Positions 18,753 through 28,785 of a stretch of DNA of 64,000 nt are shown piece by piece. The notes beneath the pieces are model-generated. The model had not been told where the DNA came from, did no database searches, and worked only from the letters and a program-made list of their open reading frames with translations. The DNA comes from an uncultured bacterium (GTDB lineage: Bacteria > Abyssobacteria > SURF-5 > CBDUXP01): the NCBI GenBank assembly GCA_965371225.1, contig CBDUXP010000001.1:71883-135882 (forward strand). The letters run 5' to 3'. The position numbers and the translations under genes were made by a program. The stretch's first letter is position 1; the number at the start of each line of letters is the position of its first letter.

Positions 18753-19553
18753 CTACAGGTGGTCGGGGACGGGGAGCGTCAGGGCGTCCAGGTTCGGGAA
18801 CGGGCGGCCGTCGTCGCCCGTGCGGTGCAGGCTGAACGCCGTCCCGTCCCACACGGCGTAACTGAAGTGCTCGTGCCAATCGCCGCAGTTCACGTACGTC
18901 CGCGCCTGCCCGTTCCGCTGGACACGGACGATTTCCGGCACGTGGCAATGCCCGCAGATGACCACCTCTGCCCCGCGATCGAACTGCCGCAGCGCATACA
19001 GGTGGAGCCACGACCGCTCCACTGGATTGCCCGCTTGCATCTTGTCCTCTTGCACCTTGCGGCTGTAGCGCGAGAAGAGCCGGCCCAGGGCGAAGACCCA
19101 ATCCGGGTGCACCTGCCGGAGCAGCCACTGGGGGAGCCGGCGGCGGAGGAACCACTTGAGGAACAGGTAGCCCCGGTCCGTGGGATTCACGCCGTCGCCG
19201 TGAAACAGGTGCACCGTCCGTCCGTCCAGGTCGATGTCGCCGCCGTCCGCATACACGGTCATGCCCAACGTCTCTCGCAGAAACGGGCCGGTCCATTGGT
19301 CGTGATTGCCGGGGACGAAATGGAGGCGCACCCCGCCGTCCCGCGCCCGCGCCAGGGCGTGCAGGAACGGGAAGTACGCCGACAGGATGACGGAGCGGTA
19401 CTCGAACCAGAAATCGAAAATGTCGCCCAGCAGGTAGATGTCGCTCCACTCGGCCGGATCGAGGCCGTGCAGTAATGCCAGGAGCCGCGCCTGCTTCTCG
19501 TCCTCCCGCAGGCCGGAGTTCAAGTGGATGTCGCTGAGGAACAGGCGCTTCAC
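18753..19553 (-). CDS. LpxH-family metallophosphoesterase (UDP-2,3-diacylglucosamine diphosphatase-like)
   Basis: MKRLFLSDIHLNSG ... YLLGDIFDFWFEY ... FVPGNHDQW ... VICGHCHVPE are calcineurin-like phosphoesterase motifs in LpxH order. GTG start overlaps the glnE stop (GTGA). Confidence 0.55.
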   Translation of the reverse strand: MKRLFLSDIHLNSGLREDEKQARLLALLHGLDPAEWSDIYLLGDIFDFWFEYRSVILSAYFPFLHALARARDGGVRLHFVPGNHDQWTGPFLRETLGMTVYADGGDIDLDGRTVHLFHGDGVNPTDRGYLFLKWFLRRRLPQWLLRQVHPDWVFALGRLFSRYSRKVQEDKMQAGNPVERSWLHLYALRQFDRGAEVVICGHCHVPEIVRVQRNGQARTYVNCGDWHEHFSYAVWDGTAFSLHRTGDDGRPFPNLDALTLPVPDHL

Positions 19554-22500
19554 AGGGCCTCCGCGCGCAACCGGGTCACGGTGCGTTCATAGATGGCGTG
19601 CACGCGATGGAACGAAGAGCGGATGGTTTCCTCCAACACTTGGCCCGCCGGCAGGTCGCTGTGGCTGTCCAGCCCGAGGCGCGCCGCGAGGCGGTCCCGG
19701 GCGGCTGGGTCGGCCGGCAGTTCCGCGGCTTCCCGCCCGTACATGATACGTAAGCGGTTCTCCGTATGCCGGAGAAATTCGTAGGCCGTTGCCAGCGCGC
19801 GGGCATCGCCGGACGGCAGCGCCTCTACCAGCTCCAGCGCCGCCAGGGCGTGCAGCGTGTTTGGCTCCCGCACCGCTGGGTGCGCCGCCCCGTAGCGCAG
19901 CATGAGCACCTGCACCAGGAATTCCACCTCCAATATCCCGCCCACCTCATTTTTCAGCGCCAACCCCGCGGCGCGCTCCGTCCGGTGCGCCTGCACCTTG
20001 TGCAGCATGGTGTCCGCGCGGTCGACCAAGTCCGTCCGCCAGAACCCCGGCGCGAACACGAGCTGGTGCACCGCCTCGATCAGCTGCCGGCCCAACACGC
20101 GATTGCCCGCCACGGGGCGGAGGCGCAGGAGCGCTTGGTGTTCCCAGGGAGCGGCCTTGGTCCGATAGTACGTGAGGAATTCTTCGGCGGACAACGCGAG
20201 GCTCCCCTGCCCCCCGTACGGCCGCAGCCGCGCGTCGATCTTATACAGGACCCCGTACGGAGACGTCGCGGTGGCGTGCCGGGTCACCCGCTGCGCGAGC
20301 TTCAGAAAGTACTCCTGATTCGTAATCGGCGCGTCCACCTCCCCCGCCGTCTCCCCCGGCGCGGAGTACACGAACACCACGTCCAGGTCGGAGGTGTAGT
20401 TCAACTCCTGGCCGCCGAACTTGCCCAGCCCGAGCACCACGCTCTCGGCCAGCGCGTGGCTGTCCGCCTCGAGCGGCGATCCGTACTGCTTCGTCAACTC
20501 AGCCGCTTCGTGCGCCCACAGGTGATCGATGACCGTCGCGGCCACCGCGCTCAACTCCGCGGTCACCTCGCGGCTCGGCGCCAACTCCAGCATGTCCCGC
20601 AGGCCGATCCGCAGCAACTCGCCATTCCGGAAGCGCCGCAACGCGATCTGGAAATCCGGATTGATCTCCAGGAACTGGTCGAGGGCGCGCTTGATATGCC
20701 GCGGCTCCGCGGCATGCTGCAGTTGCGAATCCCGGATGAGGAAATCGAGCATGCCCGGATCGCGCAGGAGGATCCGGATCAGGGTCTCGCTGAAGGATGC
20801 GAGGGTGACGAACACTTCGATCGCGCGCGGGTGCTGCAACAGCAGGTTGTAGAACGCGCCCGGCGCGCCGAACACGTCCAGGCAGGTGCGCACGTTGGCC
20901 AGCGCGTGATCCGGGTCCGGCGTGGCGGCCAGGTGCTGCAGCATCCGCGGGCAGAGTTGCCGGAAGGCGTCGCGCGCGGCCGAGGTGAGCGGCGCAGCGG
21001 GCGGCCCGAAAGCCAGGTGCTCGATATGCGCCCACGCCGCCGCCGGATCGCGCAGCCCGTACGGCGCGAGCACGCGCGCGGCCGCCTCCGCCTCCGGTTG
21101 GGGTACCCGCAGCAGCGCCACCACCGGCGCCTGCACGGGCGCCTCGTCGTAAGCGTCGCCCAGGACCACGTTGAACACCTTGCGCACCACGCCCGTGTGC
21201 CGCTGGTAGGCCGCATCGAACGCGTCCCACGCGCCGGCCCCGCGCGTCGCCGCGTAACCGAGCCCCACCGCAAACGCCTCCTGGGCATCGGTGGCGGTCG
21301 GCAGCCGATGCACCTGCCGGTCCGCCCAGAGTTGCAGACGGTTCTCCACGCGCCGCAAAAACCGGTACGCCGCCGCCAGCTCGGTAGCGTCTTTCCCGGT
21401 CAGCAGCTCCGCGTCGGCCGCGGCCGCGATGGCCGCGAGGGTGTTGCCGGTCCGAAGCGCGGGCCGGCGCCCGCCATTCAGGAGTTGGAGAAACTGGATG
21501 GCAAACTCGATGTCCCGAATGCCGCCGGGCCCCAGCTTCACATCGACGCCCGCGTCACCCGCCCGGTCCGCCTGCTGTTCGATGGTGCGCTTCAGGCCGT
21601 GCACGTCGCGGATGGCCTTGAGATCGAGATACTTGGGATAGATGAACGGCCGCAATTCCTGCAGCAGCGCCGCGCCCAATTCCAGGTCCCCCGCCACAGG
21701 CCGCGCCTTGATCAACATCTGCCGCTCCCACGTGCGGCCCCAGCTTTCGTAGTACTCCAGCAGGGCCGCGCGCGAGCAGACCAGCGCCCCCTTGGTCCCC
21801 TGCGGCCGCAGGCGCATGTCGATGCGGAACACCCGGCCGCCTCCCTCGTGCGACGCGAGCAGGTTGATGAACTGCTCGCCCACCTTCGTAAAAAACTCCG
21901 CGTTGGTAATCGGCGTTCCTCCCGCCGGCGGGCGGGTCTCGCCTGCGGCGCTGTAACAGAAGATGAGGTCGATGTCGGAACTGTAGTTCAACTCCGCGCC
22001 CCCACACTTTCCCAGCGCCAGGACCGTGAAGGTGGCGGCGGCACCGGACGCCTCCCCTGGCGGGCCGTATCGCGAGGCGACCGCGGCGTAGGCCGCGTCG
22101 TACGCCACCCGCAGACAGCAGTCCGCGTAGGCCGTCATCCCAGCAAGTTCCTGATCCACCGTGCTGACACCCAACACGTCCTGCACGCCGAGCTGCGCGA
22201 GGATGCGCCGTTTGTAGCGCCGGAGCGCCGCGTGCACGGCGGGCAGATCGCTCCCGTTCGCTGCCGTGGCTTGCCACAGGCGTGCGAAGTCCTCCGTCTG
22301 CAGCGGCGCGTCCCACCCCTCGTCCAGCAGCAGTTGCTCCGCGACCGCCGGTGCCGCCACAAAGGCCTCGCCCAGAAACTCACTGGCGGCGAACACCCGC
22401 AGCAGGCGGCGCAAACCCTGCGGATCGGCCGTCAGCCGCGCGGCCAGCGCCGGCCGGTCCCGGGCCGTCCCCACCAGGCGTTCCAGACTGTTCAGTGCCC

Positions 22501-22711
22501 GGTCGGGCGCCGGCAGGCCCGCCAGCGCCCCTTCGAGCGCGGCATAAAACGCCGCCCCCTGCCCGCCCGGCGGCACTTCCCCCCCGAGGCGGCGCAGGTT
22601 GGTGCAGGCGCGCACCGGCTCCCGAAAGCCGAGAGCGGCCAGGGCGTCGACACAAGCTGGATCGGCGGGATCGCCGGTGGCCGCGACCGCGGCTAGAGCC
22701 AAGTGGGTCAC
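19550..22711 (-). CDS. glnE: Bifunctional glutamine synthetase adenylyltransferase / adenylyl-removing enzyme
   Basis: Two nucleotidyltransferase domains with LALGKCGGAELNYSSDIDLIF and LGLGKFGGQELNYTSDLDVVF, each followed by RIDMRLRP / KIDARLRP. The ORF-track ORF (1453 aa) over-extends antisense into pfkA. The start is placed at the GTG at 22709..22711 and is uncertain by roughly 100 nt. Confidence 0.75.
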   Translation of the reverse strand: MTHLALAAVAATGDPADPACVDALAALGFREPVRACTNLRRLGGEVPPGGQGAAFYAALEGALAGLPAPDRALNSLERLVGTARDRPALAARLTADPQGLRRLLRVFAASEFLGEAFVAAPAVAEQLLLDEGWDAPLQTEDFARLWQATAANGSDLPAVHAALRRYKRRILAQLGVQDVLGVSTVDQELAGMTAYADCCLRVAYDAAYAAVASRYGPPGEASGAAATFTVLALGKCGGAELNYSSDIDLIFCYSAAGETRPPAGGTPITNAEFFTKVGEQFINLLASHEGGGRVFRIDMRLRPQGTKGALVCSRAALLEYYESWGRTWERQMLIKARPVAGDLELGAALLQELRPFIYPKYLDLKAIRDVHGLKRTIEQQADRAGDAGVDVKLGPGGIRDIEFAIQFLQLLNGGRRPALRTGNTLAAIAAAADAELLTGKDATELAAAYRFLRRVENRLQLWADRQVHRLPTATDAQEAFAVGLGYAATRGAGAWDAFDAAYQRHTGVVRKVFNVVLGDAYDEAPVQAPVVALLRVPQPEAEAAARVLAPYGLRDPAAAWAHIEHLAFGPPAAPLTSAARDAFRQLCPRMLQHLAATPDPDHALANVRTCLDVFGAPGAFYNLLLQHPRAIEVFVTLASFSETLIRILLRDPGMLDFLIRDSQLQHAAEPRHIKRALDQFLEINPDFQIALRRFRNGELLRIGLRDMLELAPSREVTAELSAVAATVIDHLWAHEAAELTKQYGSPLEADSHALAESVVLGLGKFGGQELNYTSDLDVVFVYSAPGETAGEVDAPITNQEYFLKLAQRVTRHATATSPYGVLYKIDARLRPYGGQGSLALSAEEFLTYYRTKAAPWEHQALLRLRPVAGNRVLGRQLIEAVHQLVFAPGFWRTDLVDRADTMLHKVQAHRTERAAGLALKNEVGGILEVEFLVQVLMLRYGAAHPAVREPNTLHALAALELVEALPSGDARALATAYEFLRHTENRLRIMYGREAAELPADPAARDRLAARLGLDSHSDLPAGQVLEETIRSSFHRVHAIYERTVTRLRAEAL

Positions 22712-22861
22712 GATGGCGGGTGCGATCGGGTGGAGTATAGCACCGCCGTGCCGCGGCCCCGGTTGCCCCGTCGCGATGGCTCCGCTACGATGATCGCCGC
22801 GCGCCGGCTGGGGGATCACCGCAGGGTGCCGGCCGTGGCACGCACGAGGAGAAGCCGCCTG

Positions 22862-23896
22862 ATGCGAATTGGCGTACTCACGGGCGGCGGGGACGCGCCC
22901 GGGCTCAATGCCGTCATCCGCGGCCTCGTCGTCACGGCGGACGAGCACGGGCATAGCGTGATCGGCCTGCTGGACGGGTGGGCCGGGATGCTGCCGAAGG
23001 GCAAGAGCCGGAACCTGACGCTCGCCGACGTGGAGAACCTCCAGGCGGTCGGGGGGACGATCCTTGGCAGCTCGCGGACGAACCCGTACAAGCGCCCGGA
23101 CGGAGAGGCGCAGGTGCGGGCCGCGTGGAAGCGCCACAAGCTCGACGCGCTGGTGGCCTGCGGGGGTGACGATACCCTCGGCGTCGCGGCCAAGTTGCAC
23201 AAGGCCGGCCTCGATATCGTCGGCGTCCCAAAGACGATCGATAACGACCTGGAGGCCACCGACGTGACGTTCGGGTTCGACACGTCCATCAACATCTCCA
23301 TGGAGGCGCTGGACCGGCTGCACACGACCGCCCGGTCGCACCATCGGGTGCTCGTGGTGGAGATCATGGGCCGCTACGCGGGCTGGCTGACGGCGTACGC
23401 GGGGCTGGCCGGCGGGGCCCACGTCATCGCGCTCCCGGAAGAGCCGTTCGACGCGGACGAGATTTGCGACGTCCTCAAGAAGCGGCGCAAGGCGGGCCGG
23501 GGCTACAGCATCGTCGCCATCAGCGAAGGGGCGCGGCCGAAAACGCGTGCGGAGTTCATTACGCAAGACGATAAGGTGGACGAATTCGGCCACGTGAAGC
23601 TGGGCGGCATCGCCAAGCGGTTGGCCGACGTCATCGAGAAACGAACCGGACAGGAAACCCGCCACGTGGTGCTCGGCCATTTGCAGCGGGGCGGCCCCCC
23701 CTCGGCAGCGGACCGCGTGCTCGGCCTGCGTCTGGGCGGCCACGCGGCGGAGTTGGTGCATGAGAAGCGTTTCGGCAAGATGGTCAGCGTGAAAGGCACC
23801 AAACTGACCGAAGTGCCCCTGACCAAAGCGACGGGCAAGCAGCGGCTGGTACCGAAGGCGTTCCGCGCCGAAGTCCGGCGCTACTGGGGGAAGTAG
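22862..23896 (+). CDS. pfkA: 6-phosphofructokinase (ATP- or PPi-dependent)
   Basis: MRIGVLTGGGDAPGLNAVIRG ... ACGGDDTLGVA ... GVPKTIDNDL ... MGRYAGWL. RBS GAGGAG lies upstream of the ATG at 22862. Confidence 0.8.
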   Translation: MRIGVLTGGGDAPGLNAVIRGLVVTADEHGHSVIGLLDGWAGMLPKGKSRNLTLADVENLQAVGGTILGSSRTNPYKRPDGEAQVRAAWKRHKLDALVACGGDDTLGVAAKLHKAGLDIVGVPKTIDNDLEATDVTFGFDTSINISMEALDRLHTTARSHHRVLVVEIMGRYAGWLTAYAGLAGGAHVIALPEEPFDADEICDVLKKRRKAGRGYSIVAISEGARPKTRAEFITQDDKVDEFGHVKLGGIAKRLADVIEKRTGQETRHVVLGHLQRGGPPSAADRVLGLRLGGHAAELVHEKRFGKMVSVKGTKLTEVPLTKATGKQRLVPKAFRAEVRRYWGK

Positions 23897-23934
23897 CCCC
23901 GCGCATCGCACCGCGGCGGACCACGTACCACATT

Positions 23935-26900
23935 ATGACCGTGAGCAAACCACCGGCCCCACCCAGTTGGACGGCCCTGGATGGCGCCAGCCATCCCACC
24001 GTGCAGGAGGCCCTCACCCATCTCAGCCGGCAAGTGCCGGCGCAGGAGGCGGACCGGCTGCGGGCGCTGGCGCAGGAATTCTTCCGCCGCGCAGCGTGGC
24101 GGTACTTGGAGCATCACGGGAAGGATGAACTGGTCGGCGTGCTGGTCGCCGCGCAACGGCTCATCGACGACAAGACCCCCGACGACATCCGGGTGCGGGT
24201 GTTTACCCTGACCGCCGATCACCGGAAGTGGGAGGCCTCCACCTCCGTCGTCATTGCGACGGTCAGCGACCGGCCATTCGTCTACGACAGCGTGTCTGGC
24301 TACCTGGTCGCGGCCGGCTGCACCATCCGGGCGACGCTGCACCCCGTCTTGGGCGTGGAGCGCGAGAACGGGCGCGCCCTTATCGGTCCGCCCCGGGACG
24401 CGACGAATCGAGAGTCGTGCCTCGTCTTCGAAATTGACCGCGTGTCGCCCGAACGGGGCGCGGAGTTGGCCGCTGGGGTGGAGGGCGTGTTGGCAAAAGT
24501 GGTGCCCGCCACCACGGATTATCACGCGATGCTCGAGCGCGTGGCGAGCCTCGTAGACTCGCTGCGGGAGGAGGCGGCCACGCTGCCGGAGCAGCAGGAG
24601 GAACTGGGCGAGGCCATCGCGTTTCTGGAGTGGCTGCAGCACAAGCATTTTGTGTGCTTGGGCTACCGCGAGTACGACCTGGTGGGGACGGGCGATGCGC
24701 GCGCGCTGACCGTGCGCGCGGGCACGGGGCTGGGCATCCTGCGCGACGAGGCGGGCTCCAGTGTCGCCACGCCCGTCCCGCTCCAGCAGTTGGACCCGGA
24801 CCTGCGGAGCTTCCTCACGGAAGGCCCCGTGCTGACCGTGGCGAAGTCCAACAACAACAGCGTGGTGCACCGCCGCACGCGCATGGACTACATCGGGATC
24901 AAGCGGCGGAACGCGCAGGGGGAGATCATCGGGGAAGCGCGGCTGCTGGGCTTATTCACGGCGGCGGCGCTCAGCAGTGCGGCGAGTGAGATTCCCATCC
25001 TGCGGCGCAAGCTCCGGACCTTGCTCGACCGGACCGGCCTGCCCCCGGGCTCGCACGATTACAAGCTCTTGGTGGAACTTTTCGAGGGGCTGCCGAAGGA
25101 CGATTTGTTCCTGGCATCCGTGGACGAATTGCAGACCTCGATCGACGCCATGGCCGTGGCCGACCCGGACTCGACGATCCGTACTGTCGTGCGCCACGAC
25201 TTCCGCGCGGGCGCCGTGGCGGTGACCGTCATCCTGCCGCGCGACAAGTATCACGTGGGGGTCCGCCACAAGGTGCAGGCGCTCCTGGCCGAGCGGTTCC
25301 ACGGATCGGTGACCGACTCCAAGCTGGTGCTCGGGGACGCGTACACGGCGAGGCTGCATTTCTACTTGGCGTGCGATGGGGGGGACACGCCGGACGTGCC
25401 GCGCAGCGAATTGGAACAGGCGATCGCGCGCGCGATCGAATCCTGGGAGGACCGGCTGCGGGCGGCGCTGCACGCCACGTATCCCGCCGCCGAGGCCGAG
25501 GCACTGGGGAACGCGTGGGCGGACGGGCTGCCCGAGGGGTACCAGGAACTCACGAAACCCGCGGAGGCGGGGGCGGACGTGCAGGCGCTGCACACGGCGG
25601 CGACCGATAACCAGACCGTCGTCCGCCTGCACGCGCCGCAGAGCCGCGCGGACGGAACGCTCACGCGACTTAAGCTCTACACCCCGGACACGCGCCTCGT
25701 CCTCAGTGACGTGCTGCCCATCCTCGAGGCGCTCGGGTTGCGCGTCATCGACGAACAGCCGACGGAAGCGCTGGCGGCGGACGGGCGCGCATGTTTCATC
25801 CACAACTTCGGCGTCGCCGACGCGGCGAGCGGCCAGCAGCTCGACGTGCCGGCGGTCCAGGACCGCCTCCCCAGCGCGGTGCTCCGGATTCTGGACGGCG
25901 TAGCGCAGAGCGACTCCCTCAACGCGCTCGTGACGCGCGCGGGCATGACTTGGCGGGAGGTGACACTGCTCCGCACGTACCTGCAGTACTTCCGGCAGCT
26001 CGGCACGCTCCTGACGCCCCAGTATGTGAACGAGGTGCTCGTGCGGCATGCGGACATCTGTCGCGCCATGCTGGCGTACTTCACGGCGAAGTTCCGGCCG
26101 GACGCGGCCACCCCGCCGGACGCGCGGGAGCAGGACACGCTCCCGCCTTTGCGGGACGCGGTGGTCGCGGGGATCGCGGCGGTGGAGAGCCTGGACGAAG
26201 ACCGTATCCTGACCGCCGTGCTGAACCTCATGGATAGCACCGTGCGCACGAACTACTTCGGGGACGGCGGCACGCGGACGCACATCTCCATGAAGGTGCG
26301 CTCGGGCGACGTGCTCCAGATGCCCGACCCGCGCCCGCTCTTCGAAATCTTCGTGTCGAGCCCCAGCATGGAGGGCATCCACCTGCGCGGGGGCATGATC
26401 GCCCGCGGAGGCCTCCGGTGGTCCGACCGGCCGGAGGACTACCGGACGGAAGTGCTGGGGCTGATGAAGACGCAGATGACAAAGAACGCGCTCATCGTGC
26501 CCGTCGGCTCCAAGGGCGGTTTCATCATCCGGCGCCCTGTGGCGGACCGCGCGGCGCTCGCCACGCAGTTGGAGACGGAGTACCAAACGTTCATCCGCGG
26601 GCTGCTCGACCTGACCGACAACATCGTGGACGGGACCGTGGTCCGGCCCGCGGATGTGGTCGCGTACGACGGGGACGATCCGTATCTCGTGGTCGCCGCG
26701 GACAAGGGCACCGCCCACCTGAGCGATACGGCGAACACCGTCGCCCAGGCATTCGGCTACTGGCTCAGCGACGCGTTTGCCTCCGGCGGCAGTGCGGGCT
26801 ACGACCACAAGAAGGAAGGGATCACGGCGCGGGGCGCGTGGGAATCCGGAAAACGCCACTTCCGCGAACTCGGCAAGGACATTCAGACCGAACCGTTCAC

Positions 26901-28785
26901 CGTGGTCGCCATCGGTGACATGGGTGGCGATGTGTTCGGGAACGGCATGCTGCAGTCCAAGGCCACGAAGCTCGTCGCGGCATTCAACCACCTGCACATT
27001 TTCCTGGACCCGGATCCGGACCCGGCGATCTCTTGGGGCGAGCGCAAGCGGTTGTTCGACCTGCCCCGGTCCAGTTGGACAGACTACGACCCCGCGCTGC
27101 TGTCCGCGGGCGGCGCGGTCTTCGACCGCCGGGCCAAGCGCATTCCCCTGTCGCCGGAGGTGCAGCAGTTGCTGAAGGTGGACGCGCCCGAACTGCCGGG
27201 ACCGGACGTGGTGCGGGCGATTCTGCGGGCGCCGGTGGAGATGCTGTACAACGGCGGCATTGGCACGTATGTCAAGCACAGTGAGGAATCCCATGCGGAC
27301 GTGGGCGACAAAGCCAACGACGGGGTGCGCGTGGACGCGCCTGAGGTGCGCGCGCAAGTCGTCGTGGAAGGGGGCAACCTCGGGTTCACCCAGCGCGGCC
27401 GGATCGAAATGGGGCAAAACGGGGTGCGCCTCAACGCGGACGCCATTGACAATTCCGGCGGCGTGGACATGTCGGATCACGAGGTCAATCTTAAAATCCT
27501 GCTCGCCCAGGCGATCCTCGACGGGGAGCTGGACGCCGCGGACCGGGATACCCTACTCGGGGAGATGACCGACACCGTGTCCGCGCACGTCTTGCACAAC
27601 AACTACCTGCAATCGCTGGTCCTGAGCCAGGACGAACGCGCAGCCCGCGAACAACCGGGGGAGTTTCACGCGGTCCTGCAGACGTTGACGGAACGGGGCG
27701 GGCTCGACCGTGCGACGGAGTTCCTGCCGGAAGATGCGGACCTCGAAGAGCGCGAGGCGGCCGGGGGCGGCCTCACCCGGCCGGAACTGGCCGTCATGCT
27801 GGGGTACGTCAAGAACTGGCTGACCGAGGTGGTGCTGCAGAGTCAGCTGCCGGACGATCCGCACTTGCACCAGTACGTCGAGGCGTATTTCCCCCCGCAG
27901 GTGACGCGGGGGTACGCCGGCCCGATTCAGCGGCACCGGCTCCGGCGTGAGCTGCTGGCCATGCTCATCGCCAACCGCGTGGTCAATCAGGCGGGCATTA
28001 CGTTCGTCCAGCGCATGACGGATGAGGCCGAGGTCGAGCCAGTGGAGGCGGTGTGGGCGTATCTGGTGAGCAACGAAATTTTCCGCGCGGACGATCTACG
28101 CGCGGAGCTGTTCAGCCTGGACGGTACCCTCCCGACCGCGGGCCAGTATCAGGCCCTGCGCGACCTGGAGGAGCTGTTGGAGGACGTGGCGCAGTGGGTG
28201 CTGCAGAACATTCCGCCCCTGACCGCGCTCAGCGAGGTGCTCACCCGCTTCCGGTCCCACGCGGAAGCCACGACGGAAGTCCTGCTCGGCCTCTACGCCC
28301 AGCTGGAAGGGGCGGACGTGGAGGCGACGCGCACGGCGTATCGCGAACAGGGCTTGTCCGAGGCGGTCGTCGACCAGTTCGTACTCCTCCCGGTGTTGCG
28401 GGCGGTGCTCGACGTGCTGGTTATCGCCGAACGGCTGGACGTGCCTGAGGGTGACGTGGCATTCGTTTACATGCACAGCGCCCATCTGCTGCGCATCCCG
28501 TGGCTGATCGAGAATCTGCAAGAGTTATCGACCGAGGACCGGTGGGAGCGTCTCGCCCTCCACGGCGTGCAAGAGGAGATTCAGGATTGCCATCGGCACG
28601 TCGTGTACGCCGTCCTGCGTCAGCGTCATCCGCAGGAAGCGGCCGGGGAGATGCTGCGGCGGTACCTGGACGCCCGCGGCCGACGGATCAACCGCTATCT
28701 TGCGACCGTGGCGCAGATGCGCGGCCCCGGCGACCTCACCCTCGCCGTGCTCAACGTGATCACCCGGCAGTTGCGCCAGGTCTAA
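23935..28785 (+). CDS. gdhB: NAD-specific glutamate dehydrogenase, large (~1600 aa) GdhB/Bac_GDH family
   Basis: 1616-aa single ORF. Central catalytic region: MKTQMTKNALIVPVGSKGGF, DKGTAHLSD, NSGGVDMSDHEVNLKIL. Flanked by the long N- and C-terminal domains of the 180-kDa NAD-GDH family. Confidence 0.85.
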   Translation: MTVSKPPAPPSWTALDGASHPTVQEALTHLSRQVPAQEADRLRALAQEFFRRAAWRYLEHHGKDELVGVLVAAQRLIDDKTPDDIRVRVFTLTADHRKWEASTSVVIATVSDRPFVYDSVSGYLVAAGCTIRATLHPVLGVERENGRALIGPPRDATNRESCLVFEIDRVSPERGAELAAGVEGVLAKVVPATTDYHAMLERVASLVDSLREEAATLPEQQEELGEAIAFLEWLQHKHFVCLGYREYDLVGTGDARALTVRAGTGLGILRDEAGSSVATPVPLQQLDPDLRSFLTEGPVLTVAKSNNNSVVHRRTRMDYIGIKRRNAQGEIIGEARLLGLFTAAALSSAASEIPILRRKLRTLLDRTGLPPGSHDYKLLVELFEGLPKDDLFLASVDELQTSIDAMAVADPDSTIRTVVRHDFRAGAVAVTVILPRDKYHVGVRHKVQALLAERFHGSVTDSKLVLGDAYTARLHFYLACDGGDTPDVPRSELEQAIARAIESWEDRLRAALHATYPAAEAEALGNAWADGLPEGYQELTKPAEAGADVQALHTAATDNQTVVRLHAPQSRADGTLTRLKLYTPDTRLVLSDVLPILEALGLRVIDEQPTEALAADGRACFIHNFGVADAASGQQLDVPAVQDRLPSAVLRILDGVAQSDSLNALVTRAGMTWREVTLLRTYLQYFRQLGTLLTPQYVNEVLVRHADICRAMLAYFTAKFRPDAATPPDAREQDTLPPLRDAVVAGIAAVESLDEDRILTAVLNLMDSTVRTNYFGDGGTRTHISMKVRSGDVLQMPDPRPLFEIFVSSPSMEGIHLRGGMIARGGLRWSDRPEDYRTEVLGLMKTQMTKNALIVPVGSKGGFIIRRPVADRAALATQLETEYQTFIRGLLDLTDNIVDGTVVRPADVVAYDGDDPYLVVAADKGTAHLSDTANTVAQAFGYWLSDAFASGGSAGYDHKKEGITARGAWESGKRHFRELGKDIQTEPFTVVAIGDMGGDVFGNGMLQSKATKLVAAFNHLHIFLDPDPDPAISWGERKRLFDLPRSSWTDYDPALLSAGGAVFDRRAKRIPLSPEVQQLLKVDAPELPGPDVVRAILRAPVEMLYNGGIGTYVKHSEESHADVGDKANDGVRVDAPEVRAQVVVEGGNLGFTQRGRIEMGQNGVRLNADAIDNSGGVDMSDHEVNLKILLAQAILDGELDAADRDTLLGEMTDTVSAHVLHNNYLQSLVLSQDERAAREQPGEFHAVLQTLTERGGLDRATEFLPEDADLEEREAAGGGLTRPELAVMLGYVKNWLTEVVLQSQLPDDPHLHQYVEAYFPPQVTRGYAGPIQRHRLRRELLAMLIANRVVNQAGITFVQRMTDEAEVEPVEAVWAYLVSNEIFRADDLRAELFSLDGTLPTAGQYQALRDLEELLEDVAQWVLQNIPPLTALSEVLTRFRSHAEATTEVLLGLYAQLEGADVEATRTAYREQGLSEAVVDQFVLLPVLRAVLDVLVIAERLDVPEGDVAFVYMHSAHLLRIPWLIENLQELSTEDRWERLALHGVQEEIQDCHRHVVYAVLRQRHPQEAAGEMLRRYLDARGRRINRYLATVAQMRGPGDLTLAVLNVITRQLRQV

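Noticed and set aside
17110-19449. 779-aa minus-strand ORF
   Set aside because: It is antisense to the M3 peptidase and in a different frame from the LpxH-like gene it overlaps. The composition is Arg/Pro/Gly-rich and low-complexity, with no domain. Long stop-free antisense frames are expected by chance at ~70% GC.
19766-22696. 976-aa plus-strand ORF
   Set aside because: It is antisense to glnE. The sequence is Arg/Pro-rich and repetitive with no motifs.
24952-27480. 842-aa minus-strand ORF
   Set aside because: It is antisense to the NAD-glutamate dehydrogenase gene, which has unambiguous family motifs on the plus strand.
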